From the NCBI GenBank assembly GCA_023251935.1, contig JAHEXV010000002.1, positions 18,720-82,719 of the forward strand: DNA of 64,000 bases, in the 5' to 3' direction. This stretch comes from a bacterium. GTDB taxonomy: Bacteria > Actinomycetota > Thermoleophilia > Solirubrobacterales > 70-9. Below, piece by piece: positions 36,130 through 45,055 of the stretch (the stretch's first letter is position 1; every line of letters starts with the position of its first letter). The position numbers were made by a program, and so were the translations under genes. The notes beneath the pieces were generated by a model that saw nothing but the letters and a program-made list of their open reading frames with translations, did not search any database and was not told the origin of the DNA.

Positions 36130-37093
36130 CGCCGTTCCCCGCGATCCCGCCGACGAGGCGATGGTGGAGCGCGCCCGCCAGCGGTTCGCAGCCGAGCGGC
36201 GCCGCGCCCAACGCGGACCCCGCCGACGCCAGACCGCCCTGCCCAATCTGCTGGTGATCGGCGGCCTGAAGTGCGGCACGACCAGCCTCCACCACTACCT
36301 CAACCTCCATCCGGAGATCGAGATGTCTCGCCCCAAGGAGCTCAACTTCTTCGTCGCGGAGCTGAACTGGCCGCTGGGGCGCGACTGGTACGCGACCCAC
36401 TTTCGCCCCGCGCCGGCCGTCCGCGGCGAGAGCTCCCCCCACTACACGAATCGGCCGCGCTTCGAGGGCGTCGCGGAGCGGATCCGGCGGCTGCTCGGCG
36501 AGCCGCGGTTGATCTACATGGTGCGCGACCCGATCGACCGCATGCTGTCGCACTACGTGCACAACCTCGGCGGGGGCTACGAGGAACGGACGCTCCCCGA
36601 TGCCCTCTCGGATCCCGAGAGCTCGTATGTCGCCCGAAGCCGCTACGCGTTCCAACTCGAGCCCTACCTGGAGACATTCGGCCTCGAGCGGATCGAAATC
36701 GTCAGCCGCGAGGAGCTGAAGCGCGACCGTCCGGCCACCATGCAACGCGTCTTCGCCTTCCTCGACGTCGACCCCGGCTTCACCTCGGAGCAGTTCGAGC
36801 GCGAGTGGGAGACGGGGACGGCGAAGGGACGCACTCGCTTCCAGGTCATGGACAAGGCGGTCCGGCTGCCGGGCCTGCGCGCCCTCGACCGCAACTTCGA
36901 CCGGCTGCCGGAGTCGCTGCGCTGGCTGGTCGAGCGGGTCGTCCACGACCCAGGGGCCGGCGAAGTCTCCAAGCCGGAGGTCCCGAAAGAGCTTCGTGAG
37001 CGTCTCGCCGGTCTCTTTCATGAGGACGTGGCCCGCCTCGAGCAGCTCGCCGGGCGTCGCTTCCACTGGCTCGGGGGATCGGCGGACGCCTAA
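36116..37093 (+). CDS. Sulfotransferase-family protein
   Basis: PAPS 5'-phosphosulfate-binding loop LVIGGLKCGTTSLHHYL and RDPIDRMLSHY (3'-phosphate motif). TTG 36116 overlaps the previous gene by 14 nt; an in-frame ATG at 36161 is an alternative start. Confidence 0.75.
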   Translation: MAPADAVPRDPADEAMVERARQRFAAERRRAQRGPRRRQTALPNLLVIGGLKCGTTSLHHYLNLHPEIEMSRPKELNFFVAELNWPLGRDWYATHFRPAPAVRGESSPHYTNRPRFEGVAERIRRLLGEPRLIYMVRDPIDRMLSHYVHNLGGGYEERTLPDALSDPESSYVARSRYAFQLEPYLETFGLERIEIVSREELKRDRPATMQRVFAFLDVDPGFTSEQFEREWETGTAKGRTRFQVMDKAVRLPGLRALDRNFDRLPESLRWLVERVVHDPGAGEVSKPEVPKELRERLAGLFHEDVARLEQLAGRRFHWLGGSADA

Positions 37094-37102
37094 CCTGTGG
37101 CG

Positions 37103-37543
37103 ATGCGCGTGTCCGTAGCAGCGGACGAGCGAGCCGGGGTCGCGAGCCTCGTGATCGAGGAGCTTCGCCGCCGTGGTCACCAACCGATCGCCCACGGGGC
37201 GCTGGCGGAGGACGAACGCGACGACTGGGCCTGGGCCAGCGAGGCCGCGGCGCGAGACGTGGCCGAGGGCCGCGCCGAGCAGGCGATCGTCTGCTGCTGG
37301 ACGGGGACGGGCGCCTCGATCGCCGCCAACAAGGTGCCGGGCATCCGCGCGGCCCTGTGCCGCGACGGCGCGACCGCCGCCGGAGCCCGGAGGTGGAACG
37401 ACGCCAACGTCCTCGCGCTGAGCCTACGCGCCACCTCCGAGGGCGAGCTCGGCGAGATCCTCGACGCGTGGTTCGATTCCCCGCCGAGCGGCGAGCCCGA
37501 CGACCGGGCCAACATCGATCACATCGCCGAGATCGACGGGTGA
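37103..37543 (+). CDS. rpiB: Ribose-5-phosphate isomerase B (RpiB/LacAB family)
   Basis: MRVSVAADE..., CCWTGTGASIAANKVPGIRAA and NDANVLALS. GTG at 37097 is an alternative start. Confidence 0.85.
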   Translation: MRVSVAADERAGVASLVIEELRRRGHQPIAHGALAEDERDDWAWASEAAARDVAEGRAEQAIVCCWTGTGASIAANKVPGIRAALCRDGATAAGARRWNDANVLALSLRATSEGELGEILDAWFDSPPSGEPDDRANIDHIAEIDG

Positions 37544-37561
37544 CGAGCTAGCCTCCCCGCC

Positions 37562-38299
37562 ATGCGCCGCCTGCTTCCCGACCCGGGCCCGACCTCCGTG
37601 CCCGAGCAGCTGGAGGGGCTGAACCTGGTCGATCGTCCGCTCGACGAGCGACCCTACGTGGTCACCAACTTCGCGATCACGCTCGACGGCAGGGCAACCC
37701 TGCGGGGCCGCTCGGGGGCGATCGGCAGCGACACCGACACCGAGCTGCTGGTCGGCCTGCGGACCAAGGTCGACGCGGTGATGATCGGCGCCGGAACGAT
37801 GCGCGCCGAGCGCTATGGCCGCGTGCTCCCCGACTCCGAGAAGCGCTCCCGGCGCGAGCGCCACGGCCTGCCCCACGACCCGCTGATGGTGATCGTCAGC
37901 GGCCGGCTCGACCTCCCCTGGGACGCGCCACTGTTCACCGACGGCGGTGGCCGGGTGTTGATCTTCACCTCCTCGGACGTCGAGCCGCCGACGACCCGGA
38001 CCCCCGTTCGCGTCGTCAACCACCCGGGGCAGGTCGACCTCGCCGCCGCGCTTCGCCACCTGCGGGTCGAGCGTGGGGTTCGCGCCCTCTTGTGCGAGGG
38101 CGGGCCTCGCTTGCACGCGCAGCTGATCGCCGCCGGGCTGGTCGACGAGCTGTTCGTGACCCATGCGCCGAAGCTAGCCGGCGGCGACGGACCGAGCCTC
38201 GCGGTGGGTCTGTCCGAGTCCGAGCGGCCGGTCGAGTTGGCCTGGCTCCTGCACGAGGACGGCGAGCTGTTCGCGCGCTACCGGCTCACCCGTACCTAG
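37562..38299 (+). CDS. RibD C-terminal-domain (dihydrofolate-reductase-like) reductase
   Basis: VVTNFAITLDGRATL, VMIGAGTMRAERY, LLCEGGPRLHAQLIAAGLVDELF. Confidence 0.8.
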   Translation: MRRLLPDPGPTSVPEQLEGLNLVDRPLDERPYVVTNFAITLDGRATLRGRSGAIGSDTDTELLVGLRTKVDAVMIGAGTMRAERYGRVLPDSEKRSRRERHGLPHDPLMVIVSGRLDLPWDAPLFTDGGGRVLIFTSSDVEPPTTRTPVRVVNHPGQVDLAAALRHLRVERGVRALLCEGGPRLHAQLIAAGLVDELFVTHAPKLAGGDGPSLAVGLSESERPVELAWLLHEDGELFARYRLTRT

Positions 38300-38991
38300 C
38301 CAACCGCGGGGATCAGGCCCGCCGCCTCGACCCGCTCCTCGCCCCGGCGAAGCATCCTCAGGGCGAGGATCGTCCCGCCCAGGGTGGCGGCGATCCCGAG
38401 GCTCAGCTGGACGCTGAGCACGCCCTCACGAGTCCAGTAGACGTCGCGGAGGTCGAGCAGCAGCGCCGCCTCGTCGAAGGTCAACCCGATTCCGGCGCCG
38501 AACGGCACCGCCAGCGTCTGCTCGAGCCGCTGGCTCTCGGTCAGCAGCGCCAGGGCTCCCGAGCCGAAGGCGACCAGGATCCCGGGAACGAAGTGGTGGA
38601 TGTGCCGGCCGCCGACCCGGACGTTGCCCGCCGGCCACCAACCGCCGCGGATGCCGGCGGTGGAGAGCCTGACCAGCGCGAAGGCGAACACGAAGCCGGT
38701 GAGCAAGTTGAAGAGCACCGTCTCGAGCCGGGGGGTGGCCTCATAGCCCTCGACGAGGACGGCGACCGTGTCCTGGGTCGCCCGGCCAGCCCTCCCAAGC
38801 CTCCGCTCGGCCCCCTTCAGCACGGTCGGGGGCGGCGGGCGGCGCTGCGCCCGGCGGCGCGCCAACCGGGCGGCCTCCCAGGCGAACACCGTCCCGGCGG
38901 TGGCGACGGCGACCACCGCCAAGCCCATCGTGAGGCGGTCCGCCCGCCGCCGCGCGGTGCGGCGCGCGATCCAGACGCCGAGGCGGCGCAT
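38296..38991 (-). CDS. Integral membrane protein, unknown function
   Basis: Four to five hydrophobic segments and a GGRHIHHFVPG motif. Starts 2 nt after the dehydrogenase stop. Its stop overlaps the convergent gene (CTAG). Confidence 0.55.
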   Translation of the reverse strand: MRRLGVWIARRTARRRADRLTMGLAVVAVATAGTVFAWEAARLARRRAQRRPPPPTVLKGAERRLGRAGRATQDTVAVLVEGYEATPRLETVLFNLLTGFVFAFALVRLSTAGIRGGWWPAGNVRVGGRHIHHFVPGILVAFGSGALALLTESQRLEQTLAVPFGAGIGLTFDEAALLLDLRDVYWTREGVLSVQLSLGIAATLGGTILALRMLRRGEERVEAAGLIPAVG

Positions 38992-38993
38992 CG

Positions 38994-40241
38994 CTACAGC
39001 CGAACCAGGTTGGCGGCCTCGATCCCCCTGGTCACCCCGCGGAAGTCGAGCACCAGCTTCGCCTCTCGCACCACTCGCTCGTGGTCCACCTCCGGGTGCG
39101 CGGTGACGATGCAGACAAGATCGGCCGCCGCCAGCTGGTCGTCGAGCTCGGTCGACGAAAGCGCCAGCTCCGGCAGCTCCGCGACGTGCGGGTCGTGGTA
39201 GGCGATCTCGGCGCCGAGTTCCCGGAGGCGCCGGATGATCTTCAGCGCCGGCGCCTCGCGCAGGTCGCCGACGCCGGCCTTGTAGGCCACCCCGAGCACC
39301 AGGATGCGCGTTCCCCTGACCGGCTTACCGACCTGGTTCAGGGCCCGCTGGATCCTCTCGACGCAGAACTGGGGCTGCGACTGGTTGAGCTTCCCGGCGA
39401 GCTCGATGAACTCGGTGTAGAAGTCGTGCTCCCGCGCCTTGAAGGCGAGGTAGAAGGGATCGACCGGCAGGCAATGGCCTCCCATCCCGGGGCCGGGATC
39501 GAACCGCATGAAGCCGAACGGCTTGGTGCCCGCCGCGTCCACGACCTCCCAGACGTTGATCCCCATTCGGTCGCAGAGCTGCGCCAGCTCGTTGACCAGG
39601 GCGATGTTCACCGAGCGGAAGATGTTCTCGAGCAGCTTGCTCAGCTCGGCGACCTCGGGGGAGGAGACCTCCACCACCTCGTCGCAGATCAGCCCGTAGA
39701 GGTCGGCCGCTCGGCGGCGGCACTCCTCGGTCAGCCCGCCGACGATCTTGGGCGTGGTGCGAATCGTGTGATCGGTGCGCCCGGGGTCGATCCGTTCCGG
39801 CGAGTACGCGAGGCTGAACTCCCGGCCGGCCGCGAGCCCGGACTCCTCGAGGATCGGCAGCAGGCGCTCGCGGGTGGTCCCCGGGTAGGTCGTCGACTCG
39901 AGCACCACCAGCCGGCCCTCGTGCAGAACGCGGGACAGCTGCGTCGCCGCGTCGACCAGGTAGGAGAGATCGGGCTCGCGGTGGTTCGCGAGCGGGGTGG
40001 GCACGCAGATCACGATCGCCTCGCAGGCGGCCAGGGCCCGATACTCGTCGGTCGCAGTGAACCGCTCGGCGACGGCCCTGAGGCGCTCCGACGGGATGTC
40101 CTCGACGTCCGACTCGCTGCGACGCAGGCGTCCCACCCGGCGCTGGTCGGCGTCGACGCCCACCACCTCGCAGCCGGCCTCCGCGAAGGCGACGGCCAGC
40201 GGCAGACCGACGTAACCGAGCCCGATGATCCCAACCCTCAT
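38994..40241 (-). CDS. Nucleotide-sugar (UDP-GlcNAc/UDP-ManNAc-type) dehydrogenase
   Basis: MRVGIIGLGYVGLPLAVAF, VPTP, catalytic GGHCLPVDP and VLGVAYK. Start trimmed to ATG 40239-40241. Confidence 0.9.
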   Translation of the reverse strand: MRVGIIGLGYVGLPLAVAFAEAGCEVVGVDADQRRVGRLRRSESDVEDIPSERLRAVAERFTATDEYRALAACEAIVICVPTPLANHREPDLSYLVDAATQLSRVLHEGRLVVLESTTYPGTTRERLLPILEESGLAAGREFSLAYSPERIDPGRTDHTIRTTPKIVGGLTEECRRRAADLYGLICDEVVEVSSPEVAELSKLLENIFRSVNIALVNELAQLCDRMGINVWEVVDAAGTKPFGFMRFDPGPGMGGHCLPVDPFYLAFKAREHDFYTEFIELAGKLNQSQPQFCVERIQRALNQVGKPVRGTRILVLGVAYKAGVGDLREAPALKIIRRLRELGAEIAYHDPHVAELPELALSSTELDDQLAAADLVCIVTAHPEVDHERVVREAKLVLDFRGVTRGIEAANLVRL

Positions 40242-40251
40242 CGCGGGAAGG

Positions 40252-40674
40252 TTAGTGCTCGTCCGGGGGCTGGGACGGTTGTTGCGGCTCGGCCAGCCAG
40301 GCGGCGATCGCCGCCGGGTCATCGGCGAGCCCCGCGTCGGCGAGCTGCTCGATCAGGCGGCGGTTGATGACGAAGGACTCGCCCTCGGCGCTGTCGCGAG
40401 CCTCGGTCTCGACCGACGCCGCCGGGATCCGCATCTTGGACGCGACCAGGGTCGCGGCGAGAGTCGGGTTCGATGACCCGACCAGCACGACTCGGTCGAC
40501 TGCACCGCCCTCGAGCAGGCCCTGAAACGCCCTCAGCTCCGCCGCGATCTCCTCGACCTCGCCCGCCGTCAGCGCCGGGCGCCCCTCCGGCGGATCGACG
40601 AGATCCAATCCCTTCTCGGCCTCCAGGGCAGCCCTCGCGGCCAGCCGTCCGTCGCCCACGACAATCACCTTCAC
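40252..40674 (-). CDS. 140-aa protein resembling only the N-terminal Rossmann half of UDP-GlcNAc 2-epimerase (WecB)
   Basis: MKVIVVGD... and DRVVLVGSSNPTLAATLVASKMRIPAASVE parallel the WecB segments MKV..FGTRPE and D.VLVHGDTTTTLA..LAAF...IPV.HVEAG. There is no C-terminal catalytic half. GTG start at 40672-40674. Confidence 0.5.
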   Translation of the reverse strand: MKVIVVGDGRLAARAALEAEKGLDLVDPPEGRPALTAGEVEEIAAELRAFQGLLEGGAVDRVVLVGSSNPTLAATLVASKMRIPAASVETEARDSAEGESFVINRRLIEQLADAGLADDPAAIAAWLAEPQQPSQPPDEH

Positions 40675-40754
40675 GGCTGAACCCTTACCAGGCGGACCCC
40701 TCGCGCGCGTCGCCCGTGAAAGAAATACGCCTCCAGCCGGGTAGATAGAGTTGG

Positions 40755-40883
40755 ATGCTGATGCGGAGGATTCTCGTCCCGTTCAACCTCGGGGTGGGTG
40801 CGACCCGGCATCTGTTCTGGTACATCAGCTACCAGATCACCCGGGAGGCACGCCACCCCGACCCGACCGATAGCCACGCCTGA
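40755..40883 (+). CDS. Possible 42-aa small protein in the fadD upstream region
   Basis: ATG...TGA reads MLMRRILVPFNLGVGATRHLFWYISYQITREARHPDPTDSHA. About 36 of 42 codons end in G/C, which is coding-like for this genome. It is below the ORF-track size cutoff and has a weak RBS. Confidence 0.3.
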   Translation: MLMRRILVPFNLGVGATRHLFWYISYQITREARHPDPTDSHA

Positions 40884-40965
40884 ACCGCGGGCTCCAGCGG
40901 ACGGCGCGGGCGGGGCCGCGTAGACTGCCCGCCAGGCGTCGGATCGAGCGGAGGACGGTGAGCCG

Positions 40966-42543
40966 ATGGACGGGCTGATGATGGATCGCCCGCTGCTCGT
41001 CAAGCAGATCGCGGAGCGGGCGGAGGGAGTGTTCGCCGATCGCGAGATCGTCGCTCGGACGCAGGCAGGGGTCGAGCGCTCCACCTACGGACAGGTGGTC
41101 GAGCGGGCGCGGCGGCTCGCCGGGGCCCTGACCGACCTCGGAATCCGGCCCGGCGACCGCGTCGCGAGCTTCGCCTGGAACTCCCTCCGGCACCTGGAGC
41201 TCTACCTGGCGGTGCCGAGCATGGGCGCCATCCTCCATACGCTCAACATCCGCCTGTTCGAGGACGACCTGCGCTACGTCGCCGAGCATGCCGGGGATCG
41301 CGTCGTCTTCCTCGATGCCTCGCTGGCCGAGTCGATGCCGCGCTTCGCGGAGGTCGAGCGCGAGATCGTGATGCCCGACGGCGGGCGCGAGCGTCAGGGG
41401 GCCCTCGACTACGAGGAGCTGGTTTCCGGCGGCGATCCGGGATTCGAGTTCCCGGACTTCGCCGAAGGCACGGCGGCCGCCATGTGTTACACGAGCGGCA
41501 CGACCGGGCGGCCGAAGGGAGTCCTCTATTCGCACCGCTCGATCGTCCTCCACACCCTCGGGGCGGCGGTGCCCGACTCGATGGGGATTCGCGAGGCCGA
41601 TTCGGTGATGCCCGTGGTCCCGATGTTCCACGCGATGGCCTGGGGAATCCCGTACGTCGCGGCGATGGCCGGGGCGAGGCAGGTGCTGCCCGGACCGGAC
41701 GTCAGCCCGCGCGGGCTCGCCGACCTGATCGAGGCCGAGGGCGTCACCTGGAGCGCCGGGGTGCCGACGATCTGGAACGGCGTGCTCGAGCTGGAGCCGC
41801 CCCCGGACCTGTCGAGCCTGCGAGAGCTGAAGGCCGGCGGCGCCGCGGTCCCCGAGTCGTTGATCCGCGGGTTCGACGAGCGCTTCGGGGTCCCGGTCGT
41901 GCAGGGCTGGGGGATGACCGAGACCAGCCCTCTGGCCGCCACCTCGCGCGTCCCCGCCGGCCTCGATCCCGCCGCCGACGAGGGGTACGCGCTGCGGGCC
42001 TGCCAGGGCCGGATCCAGCCGTTGATCGAGTTTCGCGTCGATCCCGACGCCGGCGGGGAACTGCAGGTGCGAGGGCCCTGGATCGCCCGCGCCTACTACG
42101 AGGACGCGAGCGGCGACGACAAGTTCACCGAGGACGGCTGGCTGCGAACCGGGGACGTGGCCGAGGTCGAGCGCGGCTCGTACATCAGGCTCGTCGACAG
42201 GACCAAGGACCTGGTCAAGTCGGGAGGCGAGTGGATCTCGTCGGTCGAGTTGGAGAACGCGATCATGGCCCACCCCGATGTCGTCGAGGCCGCGGTGATC
42301 GCGGTGCCCGACGAGCGTTGGGGCGAGCGGCCCTGCGCCTGCGTCGTCCGCCGCCCGGGATCGGACCTCGGCCCCGACGCCCTGCGCGGCCACCTGAGCG
42401 GACGGGTCGCCAAGTGGTGGATCCCCGAGCGCTTCGAGTTCGTCGACGAGGTGCCGAAGACGTCGGTCGGCAAGTTCGACAAGAAGGTGTTGCGGGCTCG
42501 TTTCGCGGGCGCCCAGGCGGGGCTCGCCTCCCAGGCCGGCTGA
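40966..42543 (+). CDS. fadD: Long-chain fatty-acid--CoA ligase (AMP-dependent synthetase)
   Basis: AMP motif MCYTSGTTGRPKGV, GWGMTET, TGD and SVGKFDKK. GGAGGA lies upstream of the ATG at 40966. Confidence 0.9.
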   Translation: MDGLMMDRPLLVKQIAERAEGVFADREIVARTQAGVERSTYGQVVERARRLAGALTDLGIRPGDRVASFAWNSLRHLELYLAVPSMGAILHTLNIRLFEDDLRYVAEHAGDRVVFLDASLAESMPRFAEVEREIVMPDGGRERQGALDYEELVSGGDPGFEFPDFAEGTAAAMCYTSGTTGRPKGVLYSHRSIVLHTLGAAVPDSMGIREADSVMPVVPMFHAMAWGIPYVAAMAGARQVLPGPDVSPRGLADLIEAEGVTWSAGVPTIWNGVLELEPPPDLSSLRELKAGGAAVPESLIRGFDERFGVPVVQGWGMTETSPLAATSRVPAGLDPAADEGYALRACQGRIQPLIEFRVDPDAGGELQVRGPWIARAYYEDASGDDKFTEDGWLRTGDVAEVERGSYIRLVDRTKDLVKSGGEWISSVELENAIMAHPDVVEAAVIAVPDERWGERPCACVVRRPGSDLGPDALRGHLSGRVAKWWIPERFEFVDEVPKTSVGKFDKKVLRARFAGAQAGLASQAG

Positions 42544-42619
42544 CCCGGGCAGCCCCTTCGACCACCCGCCGGTCGCCGCCGTCCGGGCAGAGCGCCGTGT
42601 GTAGCATGGCGCCACCCGA

Positions 42620-42868
42620 GTGGCCCGCCGGTTCATCACCCCGCACATCTACCGCGTCCGCGTCTGCGAGCGATGCGAACGGCAGGCGGACTCGGGCGCC
42701 GTCGGAGGCGGATGCCCCTTCGAGGGGTGCGACGGAACGCTCCGGGAGCTGGAGGTGGTCCCGCTCGAGCAGGCCCGCACGTGGCGGACCGAGCGCAACG
42801 CGGCGGACGAGAAGGTCGAGCGGCTGCAGGCCGAGCTCGTCGATACCTTCGGCGGCGGTTCTGAGTGA
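42620..42868 (+). CDS. Small zinc-ribbon protein with C-terminal helical tail
   Basis: CERC-x12-CPFEGC four-Cys pattern. High G/C third positions. GTG at 42620 is the only start after the in-frame TAG at 42602. Confidence 0.5.
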   Translation: MARRFITPHIYRVRVCERCERQADSGAVGGGCPFEGCDGTLRELEVVPLEQARTWRTERNAADEKVERLQAELVDTFGGGSE

Positions 42869-42882
42869 GCTGAGCCCGAGCC

Positions 42883-43290
42883 TCAACCCGGCAACCCGCA
42901 CGCCTGCCGCGCGCGCCCGCGGCTGAGGTAGTTGTCGACCCGATACACCTTGCCCTTCCGCATGTCGATCACCTGCCAGTAGTCGAGCTCCATCGGGAAG
43001 CCGCTTCCCGCCCCGCGCGCGTGGAAGTGGAGCGAGACCAGGATCCTTCCGTCCGGGGCCTCGACGAAGTCCCCCGGGTCCATCTCCCACTCCTGCCAGG
43101 CAGCGAAGAACGCGCTCCAGAAGTCGACGATCTGCTCCGGGCCCCTGAGCGTCCGGGGTGTGTCGGGGCCCTGGCCCTCGATGAAGTGCCAGCTGATCTC
43201 CGGATGCAGGAACTCGCCCGAGCGATCCCATTCGCCCCGATTCAGGGCGGCGTATCCCTCGCGCAACGTCTGGACCTCCTTCGACATCAC
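42883..43290 (-). CDS. SnoaL/NTF2-like (ketosteroid-isomerase-fold) protein
   Basis: 135 aa. LREGYAALNRGEWD...FLHPEISWH is typical of SnoaL-like domains. Starts 3 nt after the upstream gene; ATG at 43287 is an alternative start. Confidence 0.7.
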   Translation of the reverse strand: MMSKEVQTLREGYAALNRGEWDRSGEFLHPEISWHFIEGQGPDTPRTLRGPEQIVDFWSAFFAAWQEWEMDPGDFVEAPDGRILVSLHFHARGAGSGFPMELDYWQVIDMRKGKVYRVDNYLSRGRARQACGLPG

Positions 43291-43293
43291 CGT

Positions 43294-45003
43294 CTACAGC
43301 AGTCGCGAGATCCGCCCGACGACGGAGGCGCCCAGCGAGACCAGATCCGACCTTTCGATCAGACCGTCCTCGTTGGCGCTGACCGGTAGCTCAGGCGGAC
43401 GGTGGAGGGCGAACAGAAGGCGGTCGAGCGCTCGCGCGGGAGCGAAGATCTCGGGCTCTGCGAAAGGCCACACCTGGCAGCGGGGCTGAGTGGAGCCCGC
43501 CCGCTCGAGGATCCCGTTGACGGCCCGCCGCGCTGCCTCGTTCGCCCCCTCCATGGTGGCCAGATCGGTGTGGGTCCGCACGTAGTCGGCGGCGAGGACG
43601 AGGTTCTCGATCGCCGTCGTCGCCTCGGGACGGTTGTTCCACGAGCCGACCGTGTTGACGAGCAGCGGCTCGAGGTTCTCCGCCCCGGTCGGGTTGGGGT
43701 AGACGATGTCCGGGTCGAGGAAGGCGTGGAGCACGTTGGCATCCTCCAGGACATCGACCCCGGCGTCGTTGAGGCTTCGCTTCAGCTGGCTCCAGACCTC
43801 GTTGCAGACCTCCTCGCTCGAGCAGTACATCGCCTGCTTGCCGTTGTTGCCCTGCGCTTCCCAGTCGGAGACGTCGACGGAGAGGATGCCCTCCACTCGG
43901 CCGTCGCCCAGCCGCTCGAAGTCAACGCCGGGCCAGAACTGCCGCTGTGAGACCGAGGTCAGGGCCCAGAGCGAGTCGATGTAGAGGCTGTGCCCGTTGA
44001 CCACGGGCACGTCGCGATCGAGATAGAACATCACCCCGTTCATCCAGCGGGTACGCAGGCAGCTCAGCCCGGCGAGCCGTGGCTCGGCCCGCTTGATTTG
44101 GTCGGTCGCCAGCAGGCGCATCACCTCGACCGGTACCGCGGCGACGTAGAAGTCCGCGGCGTCGGTGAGCGGGCGCCCGTCGGCGACGATGCTGACCTTG
44201 GTGACGCTGCGATCGCTTGTGTGGATGGCCTGGACCTGATGCCCGGTCCGGTAGTCGACCCCGAGCGAACGCAGGTATGCGAGCCACGGGTCGATCCAGA
44301 CGTCGTTTGTCGGCCCGTTGAGGACCCGGTCCACCTGGTGCCCGGGCCGGGCCAGGTCGAACAGCAGCTGCAGCAGAATCGCGCCCCCGGTCCGGGCGCT
44401 CATCTCTCGGGCCTTGGCGGCCACCAGCGTGCGGGTCAGCCCGTCGGCGAGGAACTTGCCGTACTGGGGCGAGCGCTCCTGCGCCCCCGAGAACTCCCAC
44501 CAGCTCTGATGCTCGTACTCGGCGAACCGGCGCTCCTCGCAGCTGGTCAACAGCAGTAGCAGCGTGTTGACGAAGTTCGCCTGGTCCCGCGCGGGGACCC
44601 CGAGAGTGGTCGCCTGCGCCAGCAGGGACTCGAACGCGACCCCGAGGTCGTCGAGAGAGGACGGAAAGTGTGCGGGCGTGACGATCTCGGATCGCCCCTC
44701 GAGCGCGAGCTGGACCTCGCTGGTGGGAACGAGATTGCCCAGCACCCCATCCTCCTGGCCGCCGAACGGGATCCGCCTCATGGTGTCGGGCAGGTGGCGG
44801 TAGAAGCCCGGGAAGAAGCGAAAGCCGTGCTCGGCCGGGAGGTCCCGTCGGCCCCGCTTGCCCGAATCCGGGACCGGGAGGCTCCTCGCCTTGCCGCCGG
44901 GAATCGCGCGCGTTTCGTAGACGACCACCTCGATGTCGCGCTCGGCCAGCTCGTGGGCGGCGCTCATGCCGGCGACGCCTCCACCCAGGACGATGACCTT
45001 CAT
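43294..45003 (-). CDS. FAD-dependent amine-oxidase/phytoene-desaturase-like oxidoreductase
   Basis: MKVIVLGGGVAGMSAAHELAERDIEVVVYETRAIPGGKA dinucleotide-binding fold. Start set to ATG 45001-45003; 45012 and 45075 are alternatives. Confidence 0.8.
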   Translation of the reverse strand: MKVIVLGGGVAGMSAAHELAERDIEVVVYETRAIPGGKARSLPVPDSGKRGRRDLPAEHGFRFFPGFYRHLPDTMRRIPFGGQEDGVLGNLVPTSEVQLALEGRSEIVTPAHFPSSLDDLGVAFESLLAQATTLGVPARDQANFVNTLLLLLTSCEERRFAEYEHQSWWEFSGAQERSPQYGKFLADGLTRTLVAAKAREMSARTGGAILLQLLFDLARPGHQVDRVLNGPTNDVWIDPWLAYLRSLGVDYRTGHQVQAIHTSDRSVTKVSIVADGRPLTDAADFYVAAVPVEVMRLLATDQIKRAEPRLAGLSCLRTRWMNGVMFYLDRDVPVVNGHSLYIDSLWALTSVSQRQFWPGVDFERLGDGRVEGILSVDVSDWEAQGNNGKQAMYCSSEEVCNEVWSQLKRSLNDAGVDVLEDANVLHAFLDPDIVYPNPTGAENLEPLLVNTVGSWNNRPEATTAIENLVLAADYVRTHTDLATMEGANEAARRAVNGILERAGSTQPRCQVWPFAEPEIFAPARALDRLLFALHRPPELPVSANEDGLIERSDLVSLGASVVGRISRLL

Positions 45004-45055
45004 CGTCCCCATTGTCGCCGCAATCGGGGCCCGCTGGGTAGGGTTGCGCCCGACG

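Noticed and set aside
40671-41084. 137-aa minus-strand ORF spanning the fadD upstream gap and fadD start
   Set aside because: Ser/Ala/Arg/Pro-rich translation that overlaps the well-supported fadD N-terminus. It has no RBS.
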